NCBI GenBank assembly: GCA_963676915.2
Contig: CAXXVK010000057.1
Span: forward strand, 1 to 64,000
DNA length: 64,000 bases
DNA from: Myxococcota bacterium
GTDB lineage: Bacteria; Myxococcota_A; SURF-8; G963663525
Direction of reading: 5' to 3'
Below are positions 19,171 to 27,809 of this stretch, piece by piece (the stretch's first letter is position 1; each line of letters opens with the position of its first letter). A model generated the notes under the pieces. It searched no databases, was not told the DNA's origin, and was given only the letters and a program-made list of their open reading frames with translations. The translations under genes were made by a program, and so were the position numbers.

Positions 19171-20577
19171 GTGGAAACCGCATTGCCCAACGAACCCGTG
19201 CAGGAAAAGGAAACGACCTCGGCGGTCGTCACCGAACGGTCCGGGACCATCAAGGAAGTGGTCATCTTGTCCGTGCCGCTGATGGTGTCCTTCCTTTCCT
19301 TCTCTCTGATGTCCATGTTCGATGCCTGGATCATGGGTCGGGTGGGCACCCCCCAGCAGGGAGGAGTTCTGCTGGCGGGAATGCTGATCTGGGGGGTGGG
19401 CAGCCTGTTCACCGGAACGCTCAGCGCCATCAATACGCTGGTGGCTCAGGATTACGGCGCCGGAAGAAACGACAACATCCGCCGACACACCTGCACCGGT
19501 TTCGTCGTCGCACCGATTTTCGCTCTGATCGTCCTTGCCACCATGCCGTTGTTTCCCCACGCGCTGGAGATTTTCGGCACCGACGCCTCCGTCCGGCCCC
19601 ACGTCGTGACGTACACCGACATCGTTTTGTGGGGAATGCCGCTGTTTTTTACGAATTTCGTCGTTTTGGGTTTTTTGCGCGGTCTGGGTGAAATGCGCAC
19701 GCCGATGGTCGTTACCCTGATCGCCAACCTGATCAACGTCGGCCTGGATGTGGTTCTGGTGTTCGGCTATCTGGGATTTCCGGCCATGGGTGTCGCCGGA
19801 GCCGCAGTGGCCAGCGTGATCGCCCGGTCTTTCGAAACCCTGATGTATCTTTGCGTCTACTTTCGGGCCGAATACAACGAAAAATTCCAGACCCGAAGCT
19901 GGCAGAAACCGAACGGGGAAGATTACCGGCGGTTTTTCAAACTCGGCCTGCCTATCGGTTTCACCTGGATTTTCGACATGGTTTCCTGGACGTTTTTCAG
20001 CGTGTACGCTTCGCGCCTTCGTCCCTCGGATTTGTCGGCTCACATGATCCTTTTCCAGGTCATGCATTTCAGTTTTCTTCCCGCCGTGGCGGTTTCGGTA
20101 TCGGGTACGACCCTGGTTGGACAATATTTAGGAGCCAAGCGACCGGATTTGGCCAAGAAAAGCGCCATGACATCGCTGTGGTTCGGTCTGGGGTACATGA
20201 CGTTTGCCGGTGTCGTCATGGTGCTGGCACGTGTGCAACTGGTGTCGTTTTTCAACCCGGACCCGAACGTCGTCGCCGTGGGCGCCACATTGGTGATGAT
20301 CGCCGCTATCTTCCAACCCTTCGACGCCATCGGCATCGTGCTTAGCGGCGTGTTGCGCGGCGCAGGCGATACACGCTTCCCGATGATCGTCTTCGCCGTC
20401 TGCGGGGCGGTGATCTTCATTCCCGGCGTTCTTTTAATGGGCGAAGTGCTCGAACAGGGGATTGTCGGAGCCTGGAAAGCGGCCGTGGTTTACATCGTCG
20501 TCGTCGCCCTGGCCCATGTGGTTCGATATGCCAAGGGAAGCTGGACCGAAATCGAGTTGGAAACGGGCGTTCGGTAA
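19171..20577 (+). CDS. MATE family efflux transporter (start uncertain, 19102-19171)
   Basis: About 12 TM segments; AQDYGAG, GFLRGLGEMRTPM, LVGQYLGAKR and GVLRGAGDTRFPM motifs. Confidence 0.93.
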   Translation: METALPNEPVQEKETTSAVVTERSGTIKEVVILSVPLMVSFLSFSLMSMFDAWIMGRVGTPQQGGVLLAGMLIWGVGSLFTGTLSAINTLVAQDYGAGRNDNIRRHTCTGFVVAPIFALIVLATMPLFPHALEIFGTDASVRPHVVTYTDIVLWGMPLFFTNFVVLGFLRGLGEMRTPMVVTLIANLINVGLDVVLVFGYLGFPAMGVAGAAVASVIARSFETLMYLCVYFRAEYNEKFQTRSWQKPNGEDYRRFFKLGLPIGFTWIFDMVSWTFFSVYASRLRPSDLSAHMILFQVMHFSFLPAVAVSVSGTTLVGQYLGAKRPDLAKKSAMTSLWFGLGYMTFAGVVMVLARVQLVSFFNPDPNVVAVGATLVMIAAIFQPFDAIGIVLSGVLRGAGDTRFPMIVFAVCGAVIFIPGVLLMGEVLEQGIVGAWKAAVVYIVVVALAHVVRYAKGSWTEIELETGVR

Positions 20578-20816
20578 AACCTTGGCGGAGCGCGTCCGTT
20601 TCCCCGTCATTTGCAGTCGAATCGCTGCAACGTGGTGAATTTCCGAAAAAATCGGTTCCTCATCCAAAACAGTCCTTTCCTTTTTTCATTCGTTTGGTAA
20701 ACTGCTAGCACACAATGTGCGGTAGGTTACTTCATCAAGATGACTCTTCTCAGGGATTCCCACAAAAACGTCTGTGCATTAAAGACGTTTAGTGGGTCGT
20801 CGGACGGGACACGGAT

Positions 20817-21470
20817 ATGCAGGGAAGAAAAATCATCGGTGTCGGAATTCTTGTGGGATTGTGCTACCTTATGACGGCAGCTTTCTCATTCGCCGAAGAT
20901 TCTTCTCCCGAGGACAAGCAAGCGCTTCAACGCCTTTCCGCACTGTTTTCCGGGTTCGAGCGGGTGCCGAAACGGGTGGAGATCGAGCAAGCGCTCGGAA
21001 ATCGTCCCGAACGGCTGGCTCTTCTGGCCGATGACGAAGGCCGCAGCCTCGTAATTCGTCAGCGAGCCATTGAGACGATGGCGCTGTATCGTCACGATGC
21101 TTTGCGCCAGTGCCTCGAACGAACGATACGCTCGTCCAAGCAACCTCTGGCCTTGCGTCGTGCCGCCATCGGCAGTCTGGCGAAAGTGGCTCCGACCAAA
21201 GCCGTACCGGTGTTCGAAAAAATGCTCGACGAGTCGAACGTTTATTTGAGAAGCAGCGTTTTGCACGAACTGGTTGGTCTGGGCACACCGGAAGCCCGCA
21301 CGGTCTTGACCGAACGACTCGAACGGGAAACGAATCGCCACTTGCAAGACATGATTCGTACTGCATTGAATAAGCCGTTGAAAACGGAAGCGCTGGAAAA
21401 AGAGACCAAGTCGCTCGAAAAATCCGGCGATTCCAAGCGTTTATCCAACGATCAGGAGCTAAAGGAATGA
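20817..21470 (+). CDS. Secreted HEAT-repeat protein
   Basis: Signal peptide; IRQRAIETMA, LRRAAIGSLAKV and LRSSVLHELVGLG HEAT-like repeats. Confidence 0.7.
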   Translation: MQGRKIIGVGILVGLCYLMTAAFSFAEDSSPEDKQALQRLSALFSGFERVPKRVEIEQALGNRPERLALLADDEGRSLVIRQRAIETMALYRHDALRQCLERTIRSSKQPLALRRAAIGSLAKVAPTKAVPVFEKMLDESNVYLRSSVLHELVGLGTPEARTVLTERLERETNRHLQDMIRTALNKPLKTEALEKETKSLEKSGDSKRLSNDQELKE

Positions 21471-23110
21471 ATGGCAAGGTGTTTCAGGCTGGAGTATGGC
21501 TCGTCCTCGTAGCTGGTCTTTTCATGGTTTACCCGGCGTGGGCCGATGAAGCAGTGGAAAACCAGGAGAGTCCACGGTGGACACCGGCGCTGTTCCCGCC
21601 GATGGCTCAAGGCAAAGCGGCTGAAGAGTTGGCCATGGGCATCGTGGCTCGAGCCAATGCTGAACTGTATGCCACGAATCGCTACAATCACCTGCACACC
21701 AAGCAGGTGCTGAGCATGGCCCGCCACCATGGTTACGATGGTGAAAAGCTCGCCGATCTCGACGTCGCGCGCAAGGCGGCCAAAGTGCTCAACGTAAAAA
21801 GAGCCGGGTCCGGCAAGCTGACCGCGAAAAAAGGCGGAGGCTGGACGTATGATTTCGTCGTCTTTGCGACCGATGGCGACCGGAAAGCGTACAAAAAAGT
21901 CGAGTTGCCCACCGGGACGGCGGCGGCGGTCAAAGAAGGTGGCCATGCTTTGGCCGAAGCAATGGCCGCCCTCGACGGCGTGACGCTTGCGACCGGAAAA
22001 ACCTTGCATCCCGAAACCGATTCGGACAAGGCGATGAAAGCCTATCTTTCCTGCTATGCCACGTTGATTCGCCAGCCGATGGGTATTCGAAACCCGGCGG
22101 TGATCGCGGACAAAAAGCTGCAAAAAGCGGTCAACGATTGCGAAATTGCAACCAAAGCGGACAAATACTTCTATGCGGCATGGGCCGCCCAAAGCCTGGC
22201 GTACTCTCTGCAAGGAAAAGATCGCAAAGCCAGCGTCGCTCTCGTTCCCGCCCGCGACGCTCGCGGCTACCTGCCGTTCTATTACCTGGCTCGTTACTGG
22301 CTAATCACCCGGTATCGCACGGGTTTCCAGGGTGCGCAGGTGATGCGGGTGGCCGTGCAAAAGCATCCCGGCTCGCTGATCTATAAAACCTATCTGGGCG
22401 AACACCTCAACGTGACCCGCCAGTACAAGGAAGCGTTGTCCGTCTGGGAGGACTACCTCCAGCAGTTCCCCGGTAACGCTTTCGCCATGGCCAACAAAGG
22501 CTATGCTCTGGCGCGACTGGGACGCATGAGCGAGTCTATCGAGATTTCCGAAAAAGCGGTCGAAGCCGACCCGATGAGCGACAACATCAAGCTCGAACTG
22601 GCCAGCCGTTACGTCGATGCCGCCCGGCTGGACGATGCGCAAAAGTTGCTCGAACCGCTGGCCAAGAAAAAGAATGCACGCGGGGAGTTGTTGCTTCGCC
22701 TGGGGTACGTCTATTTGTTGAAAAAACAGAACAAAAAGGCCGAAAAGCTGCTGAAACGTGCTTTGAAAGTCGCCAAAGGTCCGGCGGAATGGCGGACGCG
22801 GGGACGCACCAAATACGACCTCGCCATTCTTGCGGTACGCAAAAAACAACTCAAACGTGCCGAGAAATACCTGCTCCAAGCCGACAAAGAAGGCTTTAAA
22901 ATGGCCACGTCGCTGAAGTTCGATCCCGATCTGCTTCAACTTTCCCAGCGAAAAGCCGTCAAGCACCTGTTTATCGAAGCGGGCATCGGCGAAACCTCCA
23001 AAAACCAGCCGAAACAGGCCACGCCCTTCCCGGTAGGACCGGGCGGTGAGCTTCGACCCAACGGCCTGCGTCCCCAGGAACCGGAAGAGTTGAAAAAGCT
23101 GGACGAATAG
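21467..23110 (+). CDS. Secreted TPR-repeat protein
   Basis: Signal peptide (AWA); multiple TPR helices (NKGYALARLGR, LRLGYVYL); ATGA overlap with the upstream gene. Confidence 0.8.
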   Translation: MNGKVFQAGVWLVLVAGLFMVYPAWADEAVENQESPRWTPALFPPMAQGKAAEELAMGIVARANAELYATNRYNHLHTKQVLSMARHHGYDGEKLADLDVARKAAKVLNVKRAGSGKLTAKKGGGWTYDFVVFATDGDRKAYKKVELPTGTAAAVKEGGHALAEAMAALDGVTLATGKTLHPETDSDKAMKAYLSCYATLIRQPMGIRNPAVIADKKLQKAVNDCEIATKADKYFYAAWAAQSLAYSLQGKDRKASVALVPARDARGYLPFYYLARYWLITRYRTGFQGAQVMRVAVQKHPGSLIYKTYLGEHLNVTRQYKEALSVWEDYLQQFPGNAFAMANKGYALARLGRMSESIEISEKAVEADPMSDNIKLELASRYVDAARLDDAQKLLEPLAKKKNARGELLLRLGYVYLLKKQNKKAEKLLKRALKVAKGPAEWRTRGRTKYDLAILAVRKKQLKRAEKYLLQADKEGFKMATSLKFDPDLLQLSQRKAVKHLFIEAGIGETSKNQPKQATPFPVGPGGELRPNGLRPQEPEELKKLDE

Positions 23111-23150
23111 CCGGGGTTCGCGTTTCGAGAAAATTTTCAAGAGATATCGA

Positions 23151-23174
23151 TGGACGGGGATTGTATCCCCGTCC
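23151..23174. repeat. Dispersed hairpin, copy 2
   Basis: TGGACGGGGATTGTATCCCCGTCC; matches 18771-18795. Confidence 0.65.
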
Positions 23175-23213
23175 TCGCGTTTTTCTTTAAGCACAAACGT
23201 GAGGAGAAAGAAA

Positions 23214-23251
23214 GTAGGTCGGACAGATTTTCTGTCCGACAAAAAAATGCT
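23214..23251 (+). repeat. GTAG REP plus linker; 35-bp direct repeat with 24875-24909
   Basis: GGTCGGACAGATTTTCTGTCCGACAAAAAAATGCT is identical at 23217-23251 and 24875-24909. Confidence 0.9.
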
Positions 23252-24055
23252 GAGGCAGCCTGGGCAGTATTTCGATGCAGAAACAGGGTTCTACTACAAC
23301 GGTCAACTGATATGCGGCGGTACAACCGACCGGAGCCTATTGGTCAGGCAGGATCGTTGGATCTTTATATGTACGCGGGGGGATGCCCCGTAATGAGGAT
23401 CGACCCCACGGGGCTTGATCCCGAAGATGCGGACATGATGACCATGGCCGTAGGTTATGAAAAATACAAACATATCCAGTGTGATTACGATACGTTACAA
23501 TGTAGTGGCTTGATTGAGGATCAAAAAACGGGAGAATCCCGTGTTGAATCTTTCAGGCATCCCAAAGGGGTAAGGCAGGACTTGATCGTTGAAACCTTTG
23601 GTAATGCACCGGAAGGGTCAGCAAAGCATACAGTGGGTGCTGTCCTATATATGGCCAATGAACTTACTGCGGAAAGACCTGAAGAAGGCTTAACATTTGG
23701 TGGTGGGATAAAGGCTAAAGGTGCCAAAAAAGGTCGTGAGATATTTGAACGATTTATGTCAAAAACAGAAGCTGATGCTACCCAAAAGGCAAATGGACTT
23801 GTTCCTAAGTTTAAACCACATCAGAACAATCCAAAGTGGATAGGTGATAAAGGTGTAGTCAGCGGAAAATCACTTGGGAAAACAAAGCAATACACTCATA
23901 AAGCAACAATCAAAGCTAAACCTGGAACGAGAGAGTGGCTTAAACAATACGAAATCAAACCATCTAATGAACCTGGCCGTTATGCAATTCCATCGGAAAA
24001 ACTGGATGAATTCAACAGTATGATTGATGAATTGCAGATTGGTCCAAAGAAATGA
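23247..24055 (+). pseudogene. Orphan Rhs core remnant plus intact ~212-aa C-terminal toxin domain
   Basis: LRQPGQYFDAETGFYYN, then after a frameshift/deletion RYNRPEPIGQAGSLDLYMYAGGCPVMRIDPTGL (PxxxxDPxGL cleavage motif, DPTGL at 23402-23416), followed by a lower-GC C-terminal region. Confidence 0.88.
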
Positions 24056-24089
24056 TGGTGGGAGAAACTAGAAATAGTTGGAGGGAAAG

Positions 24090-24497
24090 ATGAGTACGAA
24101 AGAATCATTCAGAGAGAAACTGTGTCAACTACCATCTTGGGGAACAGATGAACCACAAATAGCAAACGATTCCAGATCTTTTATGAAAGCGTTTCTTGAC
24201 TATGGCTCTGAAACACCGGATAACTTGATATGCTTTGAGCATATAGAGTTTGGGAAAGTAAGTGACCAAGATGTTGGGACAGGAGAGGTTGTCGGTTTAA
24301 AATTAAAAAACAAACCAATTTTGCTTTCAACGATAGCTAATGCAATAGAATGTTTAGAATTTCCCAAAGATATTCCAGAAAGTGAAATGGAATACTTTCC
24401 TGATATTTCAAAGGAAGAGTGGGATGCTGCTACGCGTATGATGACAATGGTATTAACTGCGTTTGAAGACTGGCAAAAACCTGAGATTGACATATAA
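24090..24497 (+). CDS. Probable cognate immunity protein
   Basis: Small acidic low-GC ORF directly downstream of the Rhs C-terminal domain; GAGGG RBS. Function inferred from position only. Confidence 0.65.
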   Translation: MSTKESFREKLCQLPSWGTDEPQIANDSRSFMKAFLDYGSETPDNLICFEHIEFGKVSDQDVGTGEVVGLKLKNKPILLSTIANAIECLEFPKDIPESEMEYFPDISKEEWDAATRMMTMVLTAFEDWQKPEIDI

Positions 24498-24747
24498 GCA
24501 ATACCGACACCTGACCCGACAATCCATCCCTGCATAATTATATCAACGTTGTATTCCCTACAGGGACCGTTGGACACCTGCTCTGCACCCTTTTCAAAGA
24601 CGGTTTCGATTTAGGCATCGTGGTTTCCATATGTGTCCAATACCGGTCCCAACCCTCAAGGAATTCTTTCGAAAAAATCTTCTTTCCGGTTCTGGGGTGG
24701 TGAGCCCGAACCTTCATCATCAACTGATCCAACGTTGGATCAGCCGG

Positions 24748-24949
24748 GTAGGTCGGACAGATTTTCTGTCCGACACAGCTTGCTGACAAAGTGGCTTTGT
24801 CGTTTTTGAGCTTCAATAATTTCAATAAGTTACAGACGATAAAATTGTTCAAAGTTGGGTTTGTCAATTGCCTGGGTCGGACAGATTTTCTGTCCGACAA
24901 AAAAATGCTCCAACCGGGAAATGTCGGACAGAAAATCTGTCCGACCTAC
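24748..24949. repeat. Composite REP element: three GTAG-family hairpins with ~100-bp conserved spacer
   Basis: Hairpins at 24748-24774, 24875-24898 and inverted 24923-24949; spacer 24775-24874 matches the reverse complement of 32589-32688. Confidence 0.88.
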
Positions 24950-24958
24950 TACTACTAC

Positions 24959-25198
24959 TGGTTTTCCTCCCGTCGTACTCGCCGGAGTTGAACCCGGACG
25001 AATTGCTCAACCAGGACGTGAAACAGCATATGGGTTCCCAGGCTCCAACGAAAGGAAAAGAGGAGCTACAAAAGAAACTGCGTTCCTATCTGAGAAACCT
25101 CCAACGTAATCCTCGGAAAGTCGCCAACTTCTTCGATGGGACGTTCGTTCAATATGCCAAAGCGGCCTAATGTCGCTTGTTTAGATGCCGGTGTAATA
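24959..25198 (+). mobile_element. IS630-family transposase C-terminal remnant with probable right end
   Basis: VFLPSYSPELNPDELLNQDVK...LRNLQRNPRKVANFF (DDE_3 motif LPxYSPELNPxE); stop at 25170; end ...GCCGGTGTAATA terminates in TA. Confidence 0.85.
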
Positions 25199-26020
25199 GC
25201 TTGGCATAAGAGGCTTTTGTACGAAGACCCTAAAAGGCTGTTTTCGAAGGCTCCGGCCAACGACTACGTACCCAAAGAGCGATACTTGACGCCAGACGAG
25301 TATATATCATTGATGGAATGCCTGCCTCCCAAACGACGGTTTCATGTCGCCTTCCTCGTTCGAACAGCGTGCCGGTGGTCTGAGTCACTGCGTGTTTGTC
25401 CCAATCACATCGATCCATATCTGAAAATACTCAAGATTCCTGGCACGAAGACGAAGCAATCCGATCGTACGCTTCCTTTAACGCCGGATCTTTGGGCAAT
25501 CCTTGAAAAAGCTACAATTCCTTCAGTGGCTTCAGTTGATACCCCCTTCTTTGAAAAATGGACCAACGTTCGACGGGACTTGATAAAAGCTTGCAAAGGG
25601 GCGGGGATTGACCCGATAAGCCCCAACGACCTCCGCCGAACGTTGGCAACATGGATGAAAGCTGCCAGCATTGATTCTGCTGTAGTTGCTCGCTATCTAG
25701 GTCATACAACCACACGGATGGTCGATCAGATCTACGGTAAAATTCCGTTCGAGGTCTTACGCAGAGCTTCGGAGAAAATTCACTTGCCAGGATTGCCCTT
25801 GCCAACGGACTGTAGCACATATGTACAACAACAGATGCAAAAAATGGGACAGAATGGACCGATGGAACCGGACACGAGGGGGGACGCTCCCGTGAGTCAC
25901 GATGGAAAAACCCAAGAAAAAACCCCGACTTCCAAGGAAATCGGGGTTTTATGCGTGGTGCCAAGGGACGGAGTTGAACCGCCGACACAGGGATTTTCAG
26001 TCCCCTGCTCTACCAACTGA
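25199..26020 (+). pseudogene. Tyrosine recombinase/phage integrase catalytic domain, N-terminally truncated
   Basis: RYLTPDE, TACRWSE (R), GTKTK (K), NDLRRT (HxxR variant), YLGH, QIYG (Y). The frame is cut upstream by the IS630 end and runs into the tRNA antisense strand. Confidence 0.88.
25919..25950. terminator. Intrinsic terminator-like hairpin downstream of tRNA-Phe
   Basis: AAAACCCCGA...TCGGGGTTTT stem with U-tracts on both strands. Confidence 0.7.
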
Positions 26021-26031
26021 GCTACCTTGGC
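25956..26031 (-). tRNA. tRNA-Phe (GAA)
   Basis: GCCAAGGTAGCTCAGTTGGTAGAGCAGGGGACTGAAAATCCCTGTGTCGGCGGTTCAACTCCGTCCCTTGGCACCA: 76 nt, cloverleaf, encoded CCA. Confidence 0.98.
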
Positions 26032-26071
26032 CTACGGTAAAAAGAACGTCTCGCCTCGCAGCGAGGAATCT

Positions 26072-26100
26072 TCCATAGCACGGAGAATCGGGGACGTCAA
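26072..26100 (-). promoter_or_regulatory. Sigma70-like promoter for tRNA-Phe
   Basis: TTGACG-17nt-TATGGA with extended -10 TG, about 40 nt upstream of the tRNA. Confidence 0.5.
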
Positions 26101-26171
26101 GAATCCTTTTATTCCAGAACGTCGTTTTTCTTTCCATGCATCGAAAAGATTCGGAATACCTCGGGATGGTT

Positions 26172-26366
26172 TCAAGAAGCGCGGGTGCGGTTTTTCTCTT
26201 CCAGGCGGCGTTGCTTGACGTTTTCCCAGATGATGCACATCTGCCGATGTTTGCAGTACAACGTGGGGTCTTGGCAGGCCATGCATTCTTCGCAAAGATA
26301 GCGATTGTACTTGGCGCAGTAATAGTTTCCTTCACGGTCGGGATGTTTTGTGCAGGAGTGATTCAT
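26172..26366 (-). CDS. Small Cys/His-rich (B-box-like zinc-binding) protein
   Basis: CTKHP...C...LCEECMAC.DP.LYCKHR.MCII; AGGAAGGA RBS. Confidence 0.7.
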   Translation of the reverse strand: MNHSCTKHPDREGNYYCAKYNRYLCEECMACQDPTLYCKHRQMCIIWENVKQRRLEEKNRTRAS

Positions 26367-26486
26367 GGTCCTTCCTGGGAACCGAAGCCAATAAACGTTT
26401 CTCGCCTCCGTTTACATAGAGCCGCCCGGAAAAATCACGTTGCACAATCTACCGAAAAACTTTTACACCTTTAATGTCCTGTAATT

Positions 26487-27582
26487 TCAGCCGTTTTTCA
26501 GCAGGTATTCCTTGACGAAAGGATACAGATCGCCATCGAGAACCGCTTCGGTGTTGCTGGTTTCGTGCTGAGTGCGCAAATCTTTGATCATCCGGTACGG
26601 ATGCAACACGTACGAGCGGATCTGGCTGCCGAAACTGATGTCCATTTTGGCCTGTTCGACCTTCTGGGCTTCCTCACGGCGTTTTTCCATTTCGAATTCG
26701 TACAGCCGCGACTTGAGGATTTTCATCGCCGTGTGCCGGTTTTTATGCTGGCTGCGCTCGTTCTGGCAGGAAACCACGATGTTCGTCGGCAAGTGGGTGA
26801 TGCGCACCGCCGAATCGGTGGTGTTGACGTGCTGCCCTCCGGCTCCGGTGGAACGGTACGTATCGATACGGAGATCGCTTTCGTTGACTTCCACTTCGAT
26901 CGAATCGTCGATTTCCGGGGTGATGAACACCGAGGCGAACGAGGTATGCCGCCGTTTGTTCGAGTCGAACGGCGAGATCCGTACCAGGCGATGCACTCCG
27001 GCTTCGGGTCGCAGGTATCCGTAGGCATACGGTCCGTTGATCATTACCGTCGCGCTTTTGATTCCGGCATCGTCGCCGCTGAGCAGGTCGGCTACCTGGG
27101 TTTCGAATCCCATGCGTTCGGCGTAGCGCAGGTACATCCGCAACAACATGTCGGCCCAGTCCTGGGATTCCGTACCGCCAGCGCCCGAATTGATGGTCAA
27201 AATGGCGTTGTTGGGGTCGGCCTCTCTCGAAAGCATCCGTTGGAATTCGAGATCACCGGCCTTTTTTTCCAGCGTTGCCAGATTTTTCTTCAACTCGGCT
27301 TCCAACGAAGCGTCGTCTTCCATCTCCAGCAATTCGATAATGGCGTCCACTTCATCGGCCAGCGAAAGCACCTCGTCCACCCGATCCACGATCAGGCTGA
27401 GCTGCTTCTTCTGTTTTTGCAATTCGGCGGATTTTTCCGGGTTGGACCAGACTTCCTCGGAGGCCAGTTGTTTGTCCAGGACCGCTATTTGCTCGCGCTT
27501 GTCGGCGTAGTCAAAGATGGTCCCGGAGAGATTCAACCTTGGTGCGCAACGCGGAGGCGGAGGATTTGATTTCCGTTTCCAT
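26487..27582 (-). CDS. prfB: Peptide chain release factor 2 with programmed +1 frameshift
   Basis: SPF tripeptide (RISPFD), GAGGQ, FGSQIRSYV. A short ORF (METEIKSS...RDHL) from 27582 ends at CTT TGA C and continues +1 as DYADKREQ. Confidence 0.97.
27510..27525 (-). promoter_or_regulatory. RF2 autoregulatory frameshift site
   Basis: CGG GAC CAT CTT TGA C on the minus strand. Confidence 0.93.
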
Positions 27583-27696
27583 GGCGGTTTTCTCCCTCAC
27601 GGGCATAAGAGTTCACAACATACGGAGCCGAACTATAGTGGAAGCCTGCCATTCAGGCAAGCGGGAAGGGATTTTTTCTCGAAGGGTGGCATTCCT

Positions 27697-27768
27697 GTAG
27701 GTCGGGTGATTTTCACTCGACAATTTGCGAAATTCGTCTTTACAGTCGGGTGAAATCATCCGACCTAC
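27697..27768. repeat. REPIN-like doublet (GTAGGTCGGGTGA subtype)
   Basis: GTAGGTCGGGTGATTTTCACTCGAC ... GTCGGGTGAAATCATCCGACCTAC. Confidence 0.85.
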
Positions 27769-27809
27769 TTCCTTGTTAAGGAACTATTTTGACGCAAAAT
27801 GAATCGAAC

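Larger units (their letters stand above)
23214..25955. mobile_element. Decayed genomic island at the 3' end of tRNA-Phe
   Basis: Integrase fragment adjacent to the tRNA 3' end, IS630 remnant, AT-richer toxin/immunity genes. No left att repeat was found, so the left boundary is approximate. Confidence 0.7.

Noticed and set aside
23150-23246. N-terminal extension of the 301-aa ORF 23150..24055
   Set aside because: It translates hairpin and REP sequence (RSDRFSVRQKNA also appears at 24868), so it is not part of the real protein.
23214-24949. CRISPR array or integron attC sites
   Set aside because: Repeats are irregularly spaced, partly inverted and dispersed; no unique ~35-bp spacers, cas genes or attC core sites were seen.
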